DNA from: Tubulanus polymorphus
Lineage: Eukaryota; Animalia; Nemertea
Reading direction: 5' to 3'
DNA length: 64,000 bases
Assembly: GCF_964204645.1 (NCBI RefSeq)
Contig: NC_134030.1
Span: 9,327,222-9,391,221 of the forward strand
Shown: in pieces, positions 55,601 through 60,225 of the stretch
Layout of the letters: every line of letters starts with the position of its first letter
How positions within the stretch are numbered: position 1 is the stretch's first letter
The notes under the pieces: generated by a model
What the model was told of the DNA's origin: nothing
The model's database searches: none
The model's input: only the letters and a program-made list of their open reading frames with translations
Position numbers and translations under genes: made by a program

Positions 55601-57569
55601 TCCCGTTAAATGGACCAATCAGCGAACGTTTTACTGAACAAGGAAGTATTATGCAAATCGATATATGACGTCACGCGCAACAGCGCCAGTAATGAAATCA
55701 CGCTTCGTGAGGCCAGGGGGCTGGTGGAAGCGAGTTTGGGAGTGATACCGGACCCCTGGCAAGCGAGGATGGTGGTATGCCTGATGATGGCTAATAGTAT
55801 TAAACCGAAACGTTCCGCCAAAATAATCTTTTTACCTCAGAACTTTTCATTTTTGGTGGGATTTCTCACGTTATTCATCTGACACGGATATTGTGTATAT
55901 TCTTGTCTCATCTAAGGAAGGACTAAGATGTTTTTGGTAAGCTAACTCATTCCAAAGAAATGGTGCCTAATAGGTAAAGGACTATGGCCAGCAGATACAA
56001 GTTTGGCTCTAGGTTGGACTGAAAGCAATTGGCTAGATAATTGAAGATTAGAACTTTTCATTTCCTCGATATAAGCTCAGGATCTATTTCATACTCAAAC
56101 TTTTCACCTCATATCGGGACATAATTCGTCTTCGGTGACATTCTAGTTGCATCGTAAATCTGGTAATGTGTTTATTCGTGTAGGGACTGGGTTTGTTCGC
56201 CGCTCGCGACCTCGAACGACACACGATGGTCATCGAATACATCGGAGAACTGATCCGAAACGAGTTGGCCGAAAAACGAGAACGAGATTTCGAAGCGCAG
56301 GTACGTACGTGGCCGCTGGTCTGGAAAACCTTGAAAACTTGGGGAATCACAAAAATCAGGGAAAACTTATCAGGCAATGTGACAAATTTTACCAAAAACC
56401 TAGAAAACTAAGGGAATGCGGATAATGCTATTGACCATCTGTTTCTTTATCAGTAGGTGATTCATGAAAATTCAATTAATTGTAACATTTGAAGCCTAGA
56501 AATTTCTTAAATTCGCACAAGGCATTTTTTTCGTAATCGCATGGAAAAATCAGGGAAAGCTCAGGGGCCGGTTTGATAGACTGGTATCAACTTGGGGGGT
56601 TAACTCGACTCAATAACTTCTTGAAAGCTTTCACCACACGTGTGTGCAACCTTTTTTTCATCGTAGAATCGAGGAGTCTACATGTTCCGTTTGAATTCTC
56701 ACCACGTCGTCGACGCGACCATGTGCGGCGGCCCCGCCCGCTACGTCAATCACTCGTGTATGCCGAACTGCGTCGCCGAAGTCGTTCCATTCGAGAAAGA
56801 AAGCAAGATAATCATCATCGCCAATCGACGTATCGCCCGCGGAGAGGAGGTAAGACCGAATCGATTTTGAACCATTTTTACGGGACTTCTGTCGGAAAAT
56901 CTTTTTTGCCGGAGGTTCGCCAATACAGTAGATTGTATAATATATACCCCTATAGTTATACCCCATATAGGGCAGATTTTAAGGGATGGACCAGGTGGAC
57001 CATAGTCCGCCCTTCAAAATTCGAATGTGCCCTCAAAAAAGTCTGGAAAGTTTTTTATGCAAACAAAATAATATAAGGGAAAAAATAAATCAAAATGATT
57101 TGTAATGAGGGCCCGAAGAGCCCCCTTTTGTCCTATATTTTCCATGCCAGGGTGCCAGCAGAAGTCCACGCCAATTTCCATGCTTGCAGTCCTCGTATTG
57201 CCAAATCTGCCCTTGTCAAAGTGCCCATTCCAGTTTTCAGACCCACCTCCTTTGAAGTGCGCATATGACTTCTATGGGCGCCAGGGCCATGTTTTATGGA
57301 TACAAGTTGTAACTTCTGGTGTCCATTGACTTGAATTGCATTATCTTTTTATCACCTTTGTAATTTTTTAATGTTATTCAATTCGTGAATAAAGAATACT
57401 ACTAATAATAACAATAATGATAAAGAATCCTGGATTCGCACAAAGGTATTACCGCCATTTTTTTCTAACTTTCCAGCTCGTTTACGATTACAAGTTCGAC
57501 TTCGAAGACGACCAACACAAGATTCCTTGTTTGTGTGGCGCGCCCAACTGTAAAAAGTGGATGAATTAA
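60..57569 (+). CDS. KMT2C: Histone-lysine N-methyltransferase 2C/2D ortholog (MLL3/4; trr+Lpt), multi-exon gene, 5' end outside window; 50 exons, ~15.2 kb CDS in window
   Basis: Spliced GT-AG exons join in consistent phase into PHD fingers (DMCMACGAYG...CYHPYC; KGWRCLDCTVCEGC), HMG box (KWEKDEPFGDQATISPVLYAN), QYEEWL coiled coil, ePHD, FYRN/FYRC, SET (GGPARYVNHSCMPNC) and post-SET (CLCGAPNCKKWMN*), matching the known KMT2C/D domain order. Confidence 0.97.
433..456. repeat. (GT)n microsatellite in the polypyrimidine-tract position
   Basis: Direct reading. Confidence 0.95.
463..549 (+). CDS. KMT2C: KMT2C/D exon preceding PHD cluster (HSTVVLCKTTDQFVLEQ)
   Basis: Resembles KMT2C HNTVVLFSSSDKFTLNQ; AG/GT, phase 0-0. 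Confidence 0.9.
1072..1176 (+). CDS. KMT2C: KMT2C/D exon, PHD finger (DMCMACGAYGRDEESRLIVCVQCGQCYHPYCANIK)
   Basis: PHD Cys/His pattern; AG/GT. Confidence 0.95.
1447..1628 (+). CDS. KMT2C: KMT2C/D exon, PHD finger
   Basis: GWRCLDCTVCEGCGKPHDESRLLLCDECDISYHIYCLDPPL. Confidence 0.96.
2022..2186 (+). CDS. KMT2C: KMT2C/D exon, PHD finger
   Basis: CAICTTCATTDPGFACQWQNNYSQCGPCAS...QCIQCDR. Confidence 0.95.
2513..2625 (+). CDS. KMT2C: KMT2C/D exon, end of PHD cluster
   Basis: WLHAICDGLKTEEDAEKASEFGYQCLFCRP. Confidence 0.95.
2783..3349 (+). mobile_element. CAGGGTGGCCAC-TIR MITE (subfamily A) interrupted by SINE
   Basis: TIR GTGGCCACCCTG at right, TCAGGGAA subterminal repeats; related copies ~1703-1973, 6060-6284, 36160-36497, 46318-46565, 51770-52033. 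Confidence 0.8.
2985..3304 (+). mobile_element. tRNA-derived SINE (CORE-like centre, L2-like tail), nested in a MITE
   Basis: A box TGGCCGAGTGG, B box GGTTCGAACCC, GTGTCCTCGGGCAAGACACTT, tail TGTAAAGCGCTCTGAG...TATATAAG...(TAT)n. Confidence 0.88.
3436..3735 (+). CDS. KMT2C: KMT2C/D exon
   Basis: IDGVLLSEDGLGMMKEL resembles KMT2C DGVCLTESGMTQL; phase 1-1. Confidence 0.9.
4139..4497 (+). CDS. KMT2C: KMT2C/D exon
   Basis: KPGIGGFFARSR and LEDNYPVYL conserved motifs. Confidence 0.92.
5157..5358 (+). CDS. KMT2C: KMT2C/D exon
   Basis: Starts EAFFGNDLMD (KMT2C EAFFGKDLLD). Confidence 0.9.
5408..5723 (+). mobile_element. Second copy of the same tRNA-derived SINE
   Basis: Highly similar to 2985-3304 along its length. 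Confidence 0.9.
5910..6023 (+). CDS. KMT2C: KMT2C/D exon (acidic)
   Basis: AG/GT, phase 1-1, open frame. Confidence 0.8.
6434..6565 (+). CDS. KMT2C: KMT2C/D exon
   Basis: ILSPNIDVDKNLDVDKMLTE; gtaagt donor; phase 1-1. Confidence 0.85.
7087..7417 (+). CDS. KMT2C: KMT2C/D exon (Pro-rich)
   Basis: LTQIDSKTVEDIIGVL motif; phase 1-2. Confidence 0.88.
7889..8165 (+). CDS. KMT2C: KMT2C/D exon, HMG box
   Basis: KWEKDEPFGDQATISPVLYANINHPELKIEYPEWSERAKQIAKIWRR. Confidence 0.96.
8712..8955 (+). CDS. KMT2C: KMT2C/D exon, HMG box end
   Basis: AKARENRA...EQEQERQWK. Confidence 0.93.
9798..11059 (+). CDS. KMT2C: KMT2C/D large exon with DPYAQxPxTPRP repeats
   Basis: Multiple DPY(A)xxPxTPRP motifs typical of KMT2C/D; phase 1-0. 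Confidence 0.92.
11949..11975 (+). CDS. Candidate 27-nt cassette microexon (DSHSRVLSR)
   Basis: tttgcag acceptor, CGG|gtaagt donor, symmetric phase 0-0, no stop. Confidence 0.45.
12067..12141. repeat. (AT)n microsatellite
   Basis: Direct reading. Confidence 0.97.
12272..12636. mobile_element. TTAA/CCCC-ended MITE; inverted relative copy at ~44056-44356
   Basis: Shared internal blocks (GGTGATGGGTGTTGACATGAAC; TTCAATTAATTGCACAAAA) in opposite orientation. Confidence 0.7.
14566..14679 (+). CDS. Candidate alternative exon (LEHIFSRRLSFLGLKATQTPTPPPTTPAASTTTADLAR)
   Basis: GC-rich coding-like island, CGG|gtaagt donor; acceptor weak or uncertain. Confidence 0.4.
16929..17118 (+). CDS. KMT2C: KMT2C/D exon (RQQLRELL, LxxLL)
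   Basis: Resembles KMT2C RQKLREIIL; phase 0-1. Confidence 0.9.
17449..17607 (+). CDS. KMT2C: KMT2C/D exon
   Basis: Pro/Gly-rich, phase 1-1. Confidence 0.82.
17792..17934 (+). CDS. KMT2C: KMT2C/D exon (YIELRH motif)
   Basis: Similar to the KMT2C/D FIELRH motif; phase 1-0. Confidence 0.87.
18026..18282 (+). CDS. KMT2C: KMT2C/D exon
   Basis: AG/GT, phase 0-2. Confidence 0.83.
18810..20053 (+). CDS. KMT2C: KMT2C/D large exon (LDDLLGADGSFNLLEYADPDL)
   Basis: Conserved LDDLL..FDllaYtDPEL motif; phase 2-1. Confidence 0.92.
20474..20555 (-). mobile_element. tRNA-like SINE head fragment
   Basis: Minus-strand B box GGTTCGATCCCC; partial inverted copy near 20146-20183. Confidence 0.5.
20639..20790 (+). 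CDS. KMT2C: KMT2C/D exon (LLLQEQPLLLEDL)
   Basis: Matches KMT2C LLLEEQPLLLQDLL. Confidence 0.92.
21335..21699 (+). mobile_element. Related MITE with GGGTGACCAC / GTGGTCACCCTG ends
   Basis: TIRs visible; internal part repeated at ~20186-20385. Confidence 0.75.
21945..22047 (+). CDS. KMT2C: KMT2C/D exon (EKMEQQRQAEQQAMMQRQ)
   Basis: AG/GT, phase 0-1. Confidence 0.85.
22370..22708. mobile_element. piggyBac-like MITE (TTAA-CCC...GGG-TTAA)
   Basis: TIR CCCATTAGCACT, TTAA on both sides; diverged copy ~13770-14340. Confidence 0.85.
22923..22998 (+). CDS. KMT2C: KMT2C/D exon
   Basis: AG/GT, phase 1-2. Confidence 0.78.
23115..23308 (+). CDS. KMT2C: KMT2C/D exon (PPPAYP)
   Basis: AG/GT, phase 2-1. 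Confidence 0.83.
23617..23783 (+). CDS. KMT2C: KMT2C/D exon, conserved coiled coil
   Basis: RQYEEWLMHQMQLLTLQVKFLEQQVAKQRKAKKTLTTKQRT. Confidence 0.94.
23810..24090. mobile_element. piggyBac-like MITE, second family
   Basis: TIR CCCTTTCAGTG with TTAA TSD; relics ~7433, 18315-18682, 25769-25888. Confidence 0.85.
24146..24197 (+). ncRNA. Hammerhead-ribozyme-like motif (type I topology, cleavage triplet mutated)
   Basis: GTACAT-CTGATGA-T-GGCCAA(TAGTAT)TTGGTC-GAAA-CA(ATGC)TG-AA-ATGTAC. Confidence 0.55.
24282..24626 (+). CDS. KMT2C: KMT2C/D exon, coiled coil
   Basis: QQGLQKQLDQVRKQQRQHQLLIQEFRSKQQ. Confidence 0.93.
25647..25725 (+). CDS. KMT2C: KMT2C/D exon (DNNPFSES)
   Basis: Matches KMT2C DDNNPFSES. 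Confidence 0.9.
26086..26208 (+). CDS. KMT2C: KMT2C/D exon
   Basis: AG/GT, phase 1-1. Confidence 0.75.
27187..27270 (+). CDS. KMT2C: KMT2C/D exon (possibly cassette)
   Basis: AG/GT, phase 1-1, 84 nt. Confidence 0.68.
27580..27684 (+). CDS. KMT2C: KMT2C/D exon with NLS-like EKKPKKKRKRKKKE
   Basis: AG/GT, phase 1-1, 105 nt. Confidence 0.72.
28137..28425 (+). mobile_element. CAGGGTGGCCAC-TIR MITE (subfamily B)
   Basis: Both TIRs visible; related copies ~4611-4880, 14782-15072, 34203-34500, 56309-56570. Confidence 0.8.
28579..31029 (+). CDS. KMT2C: KMT2C/D giant exon containing 24x 18-aa Cys/His repeat
   Basis: Continuous ORF; acceptor tttcag at 28578, donor gtaagt at 31030 (strong alternative donor at 30601). 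Confidence 0.78.
29244..30539 (+). repeat. Coding minisatellite: 24 x 54 nt encoding TQGDCGTPHGCGEPTGQx
   Basis: Counted 24 CGTPHG units in the ORF; variation mostly at third codon positions. Confidence 0.97.
31111..32831 (+). CDS. KMT2C: KMT2C/D large exon (QNVLLKQLL; Met/Pro/His/Gln-rich IDR, polyQ)
   Basis: NxLLKQLL LxxLL motif as in trr/KMT2C; phase 1-0. Confidence 0.9.
32915..33065 (+). CDS. KMT2C: KMT2C/D exon
   Basis: EGEDDLTPVSLTPEQQRQLALIDSMPL; phase 0-1. Confidence 0.88.
33200..33586 (+). repeat. Diverged ~210-bp intronic tandem duplication
   Basis: CATGTTTTTATT.GGAAATAC...GTTGAATACT.GACTGAATAT...GCTCATTCTGA occurs twice. Confidence 0.8.
33823..34107 (+). CDS. KMT2C: KMT2C/D exon
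   Basis: DFDMYVDNMLQQLRRMPMVPLQEP; phase 1-1. Confidence 0.9.
34701..34886 (+). CDS. KMT2C: KMT2C/D exon
   Basis: LRGQFG motif, polyPro; phase 1-1. Confidence 0.87.
35179..35395 (+). CDS. KMT2C: KMT2C/D exon
   Basis: AG/GT, phase 1-2. Confidence 0.83.
35873..36075 (+). CDS. KMT2C: KMT2C/D exon (TPDSIVSSSSPE)
   Basis: Conserved PDS.VpSSSPE and SP.iPI motifs. Confidence 0.92.
36528..36595 (+). CDS. KMT2C: KMT2C/D exon
   Basis: Needed to restore phase 1-0; KLEEKKKDETSELEQLLIK. Confidence 0.8.
36611..37197. mobile_element. Tc1/mariner-pogo-type MITE with TA TSD
   Basis: TA-CCGTTAAAACTGGCGTATAAGTC ... GACTTATACGCCAGTTTTTACGG-TA. Confidence 0.88.
37300..37600 (+). CDS. KMT2C: KMT2C/D exon (VSVTLTLSSGAAEDINGVLSAIANLLKI)
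   Basis: Conserved KMT2C/D block; gtgagt donor. Confidence 0.93.
37902..38041 (+). repeat. DIRS left inverted terminal repeat
   Basis: 37920-38041 is the exact reverse complement of 43824-43945. Confidence 0.95.
38223..40464 (+). pseudogene. DIRS ORF1 (gag-like), split over three frames
   Basis: N-terminal Cys/His cluster (CGH...DNHDSCASCRR...CARSNPCNICVVW), an SR-rich segment in a second frame, then the 449-aa ORF in a third. Confidence 0.75.
40331..42502 (+). CDS. DIRS pol: reverse transcriptase, RNase H, DNA adenine methyltransferase-like domain
   Basis: LDLKDAYFQ, LPFGLSTAP, YLDD, FTDAS, HINFLEM, TDN, NVMADALSR, DLFA...YAFPP. Confidence 0.95.
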   Translation: MPVGELARNFNNRVKPRPVVTVPVRIEARGRLQKGALPFGKTRNEFLGPVGGCLQQAATHWSDLFGDGWPSRVVSRGYRLRFLRRPRLMRSPPDMRPKPGQEALISPALKELAEKGAIEPVCNETSPGWFSRIFMVPKATGGQRTVIDLSSLNRHLDIPRFRMTKPKDVIQGLCPGQWAASLDLKDAYFQVPIHPKSRRFLRIKWKGCQFQFRSLPFGLSTAPWVFTKLVKSVQKVLQSRGVRLFVYLDDWLIVANSAQECREAMTSVLDLVHQLGFRVNREKSQLTPAQQFTYLGMDFDLRIGKVFPSMVRVAKLQEAVAGVSTTPRTARYWSRLLGSISSMGMVVPLGRLRSRRLQQYWKVFWSQSKGNWEALIPVPPTDLSPDLQWWAATTNLRLGVSLAPLEAPVRVFTDASHQGWGAHLENRVKAGKWSRYEATNHINFLEMLAVWKALKFFHRRVEGHHVWLATDNSTVRAYLQNQGGTHSETLTGLSAKILLWCQTKGVSLTVAHLAGKRNVMADALSRRGQAIATEWVLHQEVADRVRGIFGNPLLDLFATRFNRRCPLFVSPFPDAEAWGVDAFSLDWSGMHAYAFPPTPVLPRLLDQIERSVNCNIVLVAPCWPAQKWFLPLLNLLCDNPRILPNFPSLLSQGIFRHHPNSQWLNLLAWPLSSDPCQLQAFQNRLPPLSQDLSGHQQVPFTMPNGVILRIGVLQGKLIHAHPL
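40486..43329 (+). CDS. DIRS tyrosine recombinase ORF (catalytic part from ~42340; N-terminal extension overlaps pol)
   Basis: SARRSEI (R), LAKN (K), HQVR (HxxR), AAFW (H/W), FTSFYLRD (Y). Confidence 0.93.
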   Translation: MSAAGSNPLVRPLWRRLALPGRLSGLPSPFPKATAPDEVTSRHAAKTRSGGLNLSGSQGTGREGSDRTSLQRNFSRLVFSNIHGTKGHRGSTDSDRSVIPQSAPRHSKVPDDQAQGRDSRALSGSMGGFIGPERRLLSGSNSPKISAISQDKVERLPVPIQVSSIWPQYGPVGFHQVGQVSSEGTSVKGCSTVRLPRRLVNSREFGSGMSGGNDLSLGLSPSARVPRKQGKISVDAGPTVHLSRHGLRSPNRQSLSVYGSSGQTSRSCSGSVHNPENSSLLVTASRLHQLHGYGGALRPPQKQALATILEGLLVSVEGQLGGLDSRTSNRSKSGSSVVGGHYESSARGVTSPVRGSSSCIHGCQSPRLGGTSGEPSQSREMVSLRGHQPHKFPRNAGRVEGPEVLSQESGGPPRLVSHRQFNSEGLPSEPRGHSLRNPHRSVGQNSSLVPDKGRVPDCGTFSREKERDGRCSVSSRSGYCDRMGSPPRSSRSGSGHFWQSAAGSVCHPVQSEVSSVCVPVSRRGSVGGRCLLSGLVGDACVCVPAHTSPAALTGSNREISQLQHSSGSTMLAGSEMVPTTSQPTVRQPQDSSEFPIASVSGDLSASSKQPVVKSARLAIVQRSLSASGFSEQAASFIAGSKRPSTSTIYDAKWSHFADWCAAGEIDPCSPSVAQLADFLLHLFVAKGLQVISIKGYRSAISHTLRASGWPNVAGDHRISQLVAGFSISRPRVTRTVPPWDLSVILKKLMEAPFEPLSAASFANLSKKTVFLLFLACSARRSEIHALSVRQGHIVFGPANEFVSLRPALEFLAKNQRPGSVGRQWRIEALKHRVEPGIPDRTLCPVRALCFYLDRSASRRGSRERLFIPLLDHLKGDISRDTVARWVFSMIKDILLKENLSSEVVVSHQVRSMATSCAAFSGAPLEEVCRAAFWNSPSTFTSFYLRDV
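43674..43771 (+). repeat. DIRS internal complementary region (ICR)
   Basis: 43674-43713 complements 37902-37941; 43714-43771 complements 43930-43987. Confidence 0.95.
43824..43987 (+). repeat. DIRS right ITR with 3' extension
   Basis: Inverted copy of left ITR plus ICR-complementary tail. Confidence 0.95.
44385..44614 (+). CDS. KMT2C: KMT2C/D exon (CxxC...FCSxxC)
   Basis: CLNCEVIVLNAGIRRK...VVFCSTNC. Confidence 0.92.
44709..45012 (-). mobile_element. MITE; inverted relative copy at ~56968-57290
   Basis: AGGGCACATTCGAATTTTGAAGGGCG matches the reverse complement of CGCCCTTCAAAATTCGAATGTGCCCT near 57010-57035. Confidence 0.65.
45666..45980 (+). CDS. KMT2C: KMT2C/D exon (Ser/Pro-rich)
   Basis: AG/GT, phase 0-0. 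Confidence 0.83.
47291..47395 (+). CDS. KMT2C: KMT2C/D exon (KKWKGVKWRRW)
   Basis: Matches KMT2C/D KKWKGxRWKRW. Confidence 0.93.
47829..47938 (+). CDS. KMT2C: KMT2C/D exon, pre-PHD zinc knuckle
   Basis: DSRECWLCHEVGDGDTDGPGR. Confidence 0.94.
48174..48417 (+). CDS. KMT2C: KMT2C/D exon, extended PHD
   Basis: LLNIDIDKWVHLNCVLWSYEVYETLNGALMN. Confidence 0.96.
48676..48915 (+). CDS. KMT2C: KMT2C/D exon, FYRN
   Basis: VFRKVYVNRDE...RIGALVFHSIGQLLPHQL...IYP. Confidence 0.96.
49441..49740 (+). CDS. KMT2C: KMT2C/D exon, FYRN/FYRC
   Basis: GYKTSRFYWS...GEDLFGLTEPAILRVIES. Confidence 0.96.
52508..52600. repeat. (AT)n microsatellite
   Basis: Direct reading. Confidence 0.97.
54638..54955 (+). CDS. 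KMT2C: KMT2C/D exon, FYRC end, Win motif, SET start
   Basis: LPGVETL...INPSGCVRTEP...KQFVHSKSQQYRRLKTEWRNNVFLGRSRIQ. Confidence 0.97.
56184..56300 (+). CDS. KMT2C: KMT2C/D exon, SET
   Basis: GLGLFAARDLERHTMVIEYIGELIRNE. Confidence 0.97.
56667..56849 (+). CDS. KMT2C: KMT2C/D exon, SET
   Basis: NRGVYMFR...DATMCGGPARYVNHSCMPNC...GEE. Confidence 0.97.
57477..57569 (+). CDS. KMT2C: KMT2C/D last coding exon, SET end and post-SET
   Basis: LVYDYKFDFEDDQHKIPCLCGAPNCKKWMN*. Confidence 0.97.
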   Translation, partial: LVYDYKFDFEDDQHKIPCLCGAPNCKKWMN

Positions 57570-58908
57570 TGTTAGAAATTTAGTTAAACATGCGGAAACT
57601 GATGAACTCAACTGGCCGCTATATAGGTCTATTTCGATTTAAAAGCGTCGTATGAAGTTGAACTACCTGCCATGGTGCTCACAACTGCTGAATCACGTAT
57701 GCGTACAGTGAACTACACTCATATTGTTTAACCGGTCAAATACGGCTTTTTTTACCATCAATATGCATCCATCTTTTGTCGTTATCCGAAAACACGGGTT
57801 ACAGCGGTCAAGTCGGTTCGGTCTCTTTTCATGTCTGGATGACTCGCTACTCGGGAGGCATTTCCCTTATACACATATATTTATGTTGATGCCAATTTTT
57901 CAAAGTTTTATTTCCGCTACCAGCAGTGCAGTTAAGCGATAAATGACGATATATGTGTAGTTGACTGTATCGTAAGGTGTATATTGTTATTATTATTACG
58001 CTGTGTTATTAATCTGTGTTGACTCACTGTGATGATGATGATGTAAAATGATAATGCGTATTTGTGATTATAGTGCGTATAGTAGCTATGTATTCATGAT
58101 ACATGCTTTGAAGTCACCGATGAAAGTTTGATAACCAACCGCCTTGTGTAACATATATACATATTCATTGCCACCCCCTCCCGGACGACCGTCATCTTGT
58201 AAATATATCATACGTTTGTTACCGATTCGGTGTGTAAAAAGGTATTTATTTTCTACACGAACTTGAGATTGTCATTATTTATCATCCCCCTGGGCACAAG
58301 TTCCAGACTTGAAAGACGCGGAACGCGATATGATAGCTGATTTTAAGCGCTTTTTTTTTCGCTACTTAGTCTTGCTAATTAGCCAGCCAGAAGGGTTAAC
58401 TTAGAAATTGATGCTACACATGAAAATAGAATAGTTTGATTGATAATTTAAATGATATGGTATTCGTTCCTATTTGTAACTGAATAAATGAATGAAAATG
58501 AATTATATTTGTCTATGATATAAAGTATATATATTATGTATGTATGTATGTAAATATATGGAAGAGACTGTATGTAAAAATGCTGTTGTGTTTTAAGGTA
58601 TATGAATTTTGTCACTGCGGAAGTAAGTACGAGGTAGTCCATTAGAAATTGAATAATACTTTCGTTTGTCTATATAATCGTAAATCTATCGAACGTTCTC
58701 GCGTGTTAATTATCATTGTTTGTTAAAACCACTGCCATCTCGAACGTTTTGCATGTTCGTTCTTACAGAAAGTCTAGTAACTCGATCGAGCCTTGGTTGA
58801 ATTAGTTGGAACTGATAAATTTAGTGTTTTTTCCGAGGCAATAATGATATTGACTTCAGATTCTTACGCAATTTTGCTTTACTTTCCGGCGTATAAGCGA
58901 ACCTGGAT

Positions 58909-58982
58909 CCAGTTCCACGGTTGTGAGTTAGAGTTAAAATTAGTTCATTTTCAATGAGTTAACTCACAACTGTGGGAACTGA
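58909..58982. mobile_element. Short hairpin MITE (CAGTTCCAC.GTTGTGAGTT TIR); further copies ~3790-3895, 3929-4018, 59377-59476, 59656-59762
   Basis: Inverted termini visible in each copy. Confidence 0.7.
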
Positions 58983-60057
58983 GTCCTGTGGTTTGCTTAA
59001 TTTGTGCAATTTTGAAGGTATGTAATCCTCTAGTAAGGCATAGTGCCCCGGGTTCCATGTGGAATTCTGAGAAAGAATCAAACCTTTATATCCTTAATTT
59101 AACATGTTTTGTGTATTATAAAATCGATCAGATTGTCTTGTGAGAATTGGTTTGAAATTATTCATTTATTTATGTATCAATACCATCCTAACTGTACAGC
59201 GAACATCATATGAAAAATATAAAGTCGAATCTGTGACTATATGTATATGAATTTGTGTTCGTTTTGACTATTTTCGTTTGTTGGTTTCCGGGCGGTCTTG
59301 CACGTGATGTCATAGTTGTTGTTCGTCGACCAGCGCCGGAGACAGTGTTGGATAACAGCTAAAGATAATCTGGAGTCAGTTCCACTTGTGAATTAATATT
59401 TGACTCGTCAAAGAGTTAGTTTATCGAAAGTGAACTGATTTTAGCTCTGAGTTAACTCTAACTTGTGGCTGTGGAACGATGGTGGGGATTTACAAATTTC
59501 GAGGGTCTGTCTATACGGCATTAGCGATAGCCGCGATCACACGAGCGTTTTTGGTCTGTTCCAAAATAGGCGTGGAACAACTTCAATCTTTACAGCAATC
59601 ATTTCCAAGATGATTGCTCATAGGCGGAAATACGACATGAACTCTGATTCAGAAGGGTTCCACGGTTGTGAGTTAAGATTCGACACTGGAATTCATTGAA
59701 AAGACGGAACTGATTTTAGCCCGAGAGTATTGAGTTAACTCTTAACTCGCAGCTGAGGAACTTGATCCCAAGCAGATCCTGAACACCATATCATTCAACA
59801 TAACTTCACATATATAATATATCAATAATTTGATTATTAATATTTACAAATTCCGAACATATTATGCAAATAAATACATTATTTGTAATTTTCCTAATGA
59901 ATACATTTGGATGCGATAATTGCGTAAAAAAGTTGCGACCACCGTCCGCGTGTCCGAGGGTAGAAGGCAGACGCGGATAAACGAAGATAGAACGTGGCCC
60001 GGATGTAAACCTGCATCTCTGTCACTCGAGTGTAAAACGACTTAGAATAGCTCGTGG

Positions 60058-60225
60058 TCAATGGTTATCGATGTTGTCAGAAATAAGAGTCAAATCTGGG
60101 TCCCTGAACGCCGGATTACTTGAGGTTACTATCGGCTGCAATTTCCCCGTGACCTTGTCCTTCGCCAGCTGAGCGCCTTTCACTCGTTTCCATTTCATAC
60201 GGCGATTTTGAAACCATACTTTCAC
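60058..60225 (-). CDS. Meox: Meox/Mox last coding exon (helix 3 and C-terminus)
   Basis: VKVWFQNRRMKWKRVKGAQLAKDKVTGKLQP...DNH*; typical homeobox intron position Q|VK. Confidence 0.95.
   Translation of the reverse strand: MKVWFQNRRMKWKRVKGAQLAKDKVTGKLQPIVTSSNPAFRDPDLTLISDNIDNH

Noticed and set aside
56284-56300. Tyr-to-Phe change in SET-I (RDFEAQ versus K.YE.Q) as a specificity switch
   Set aside because: Not one of the active-site tyrosines; IEY, GVY, ARY and YDY are all intact.
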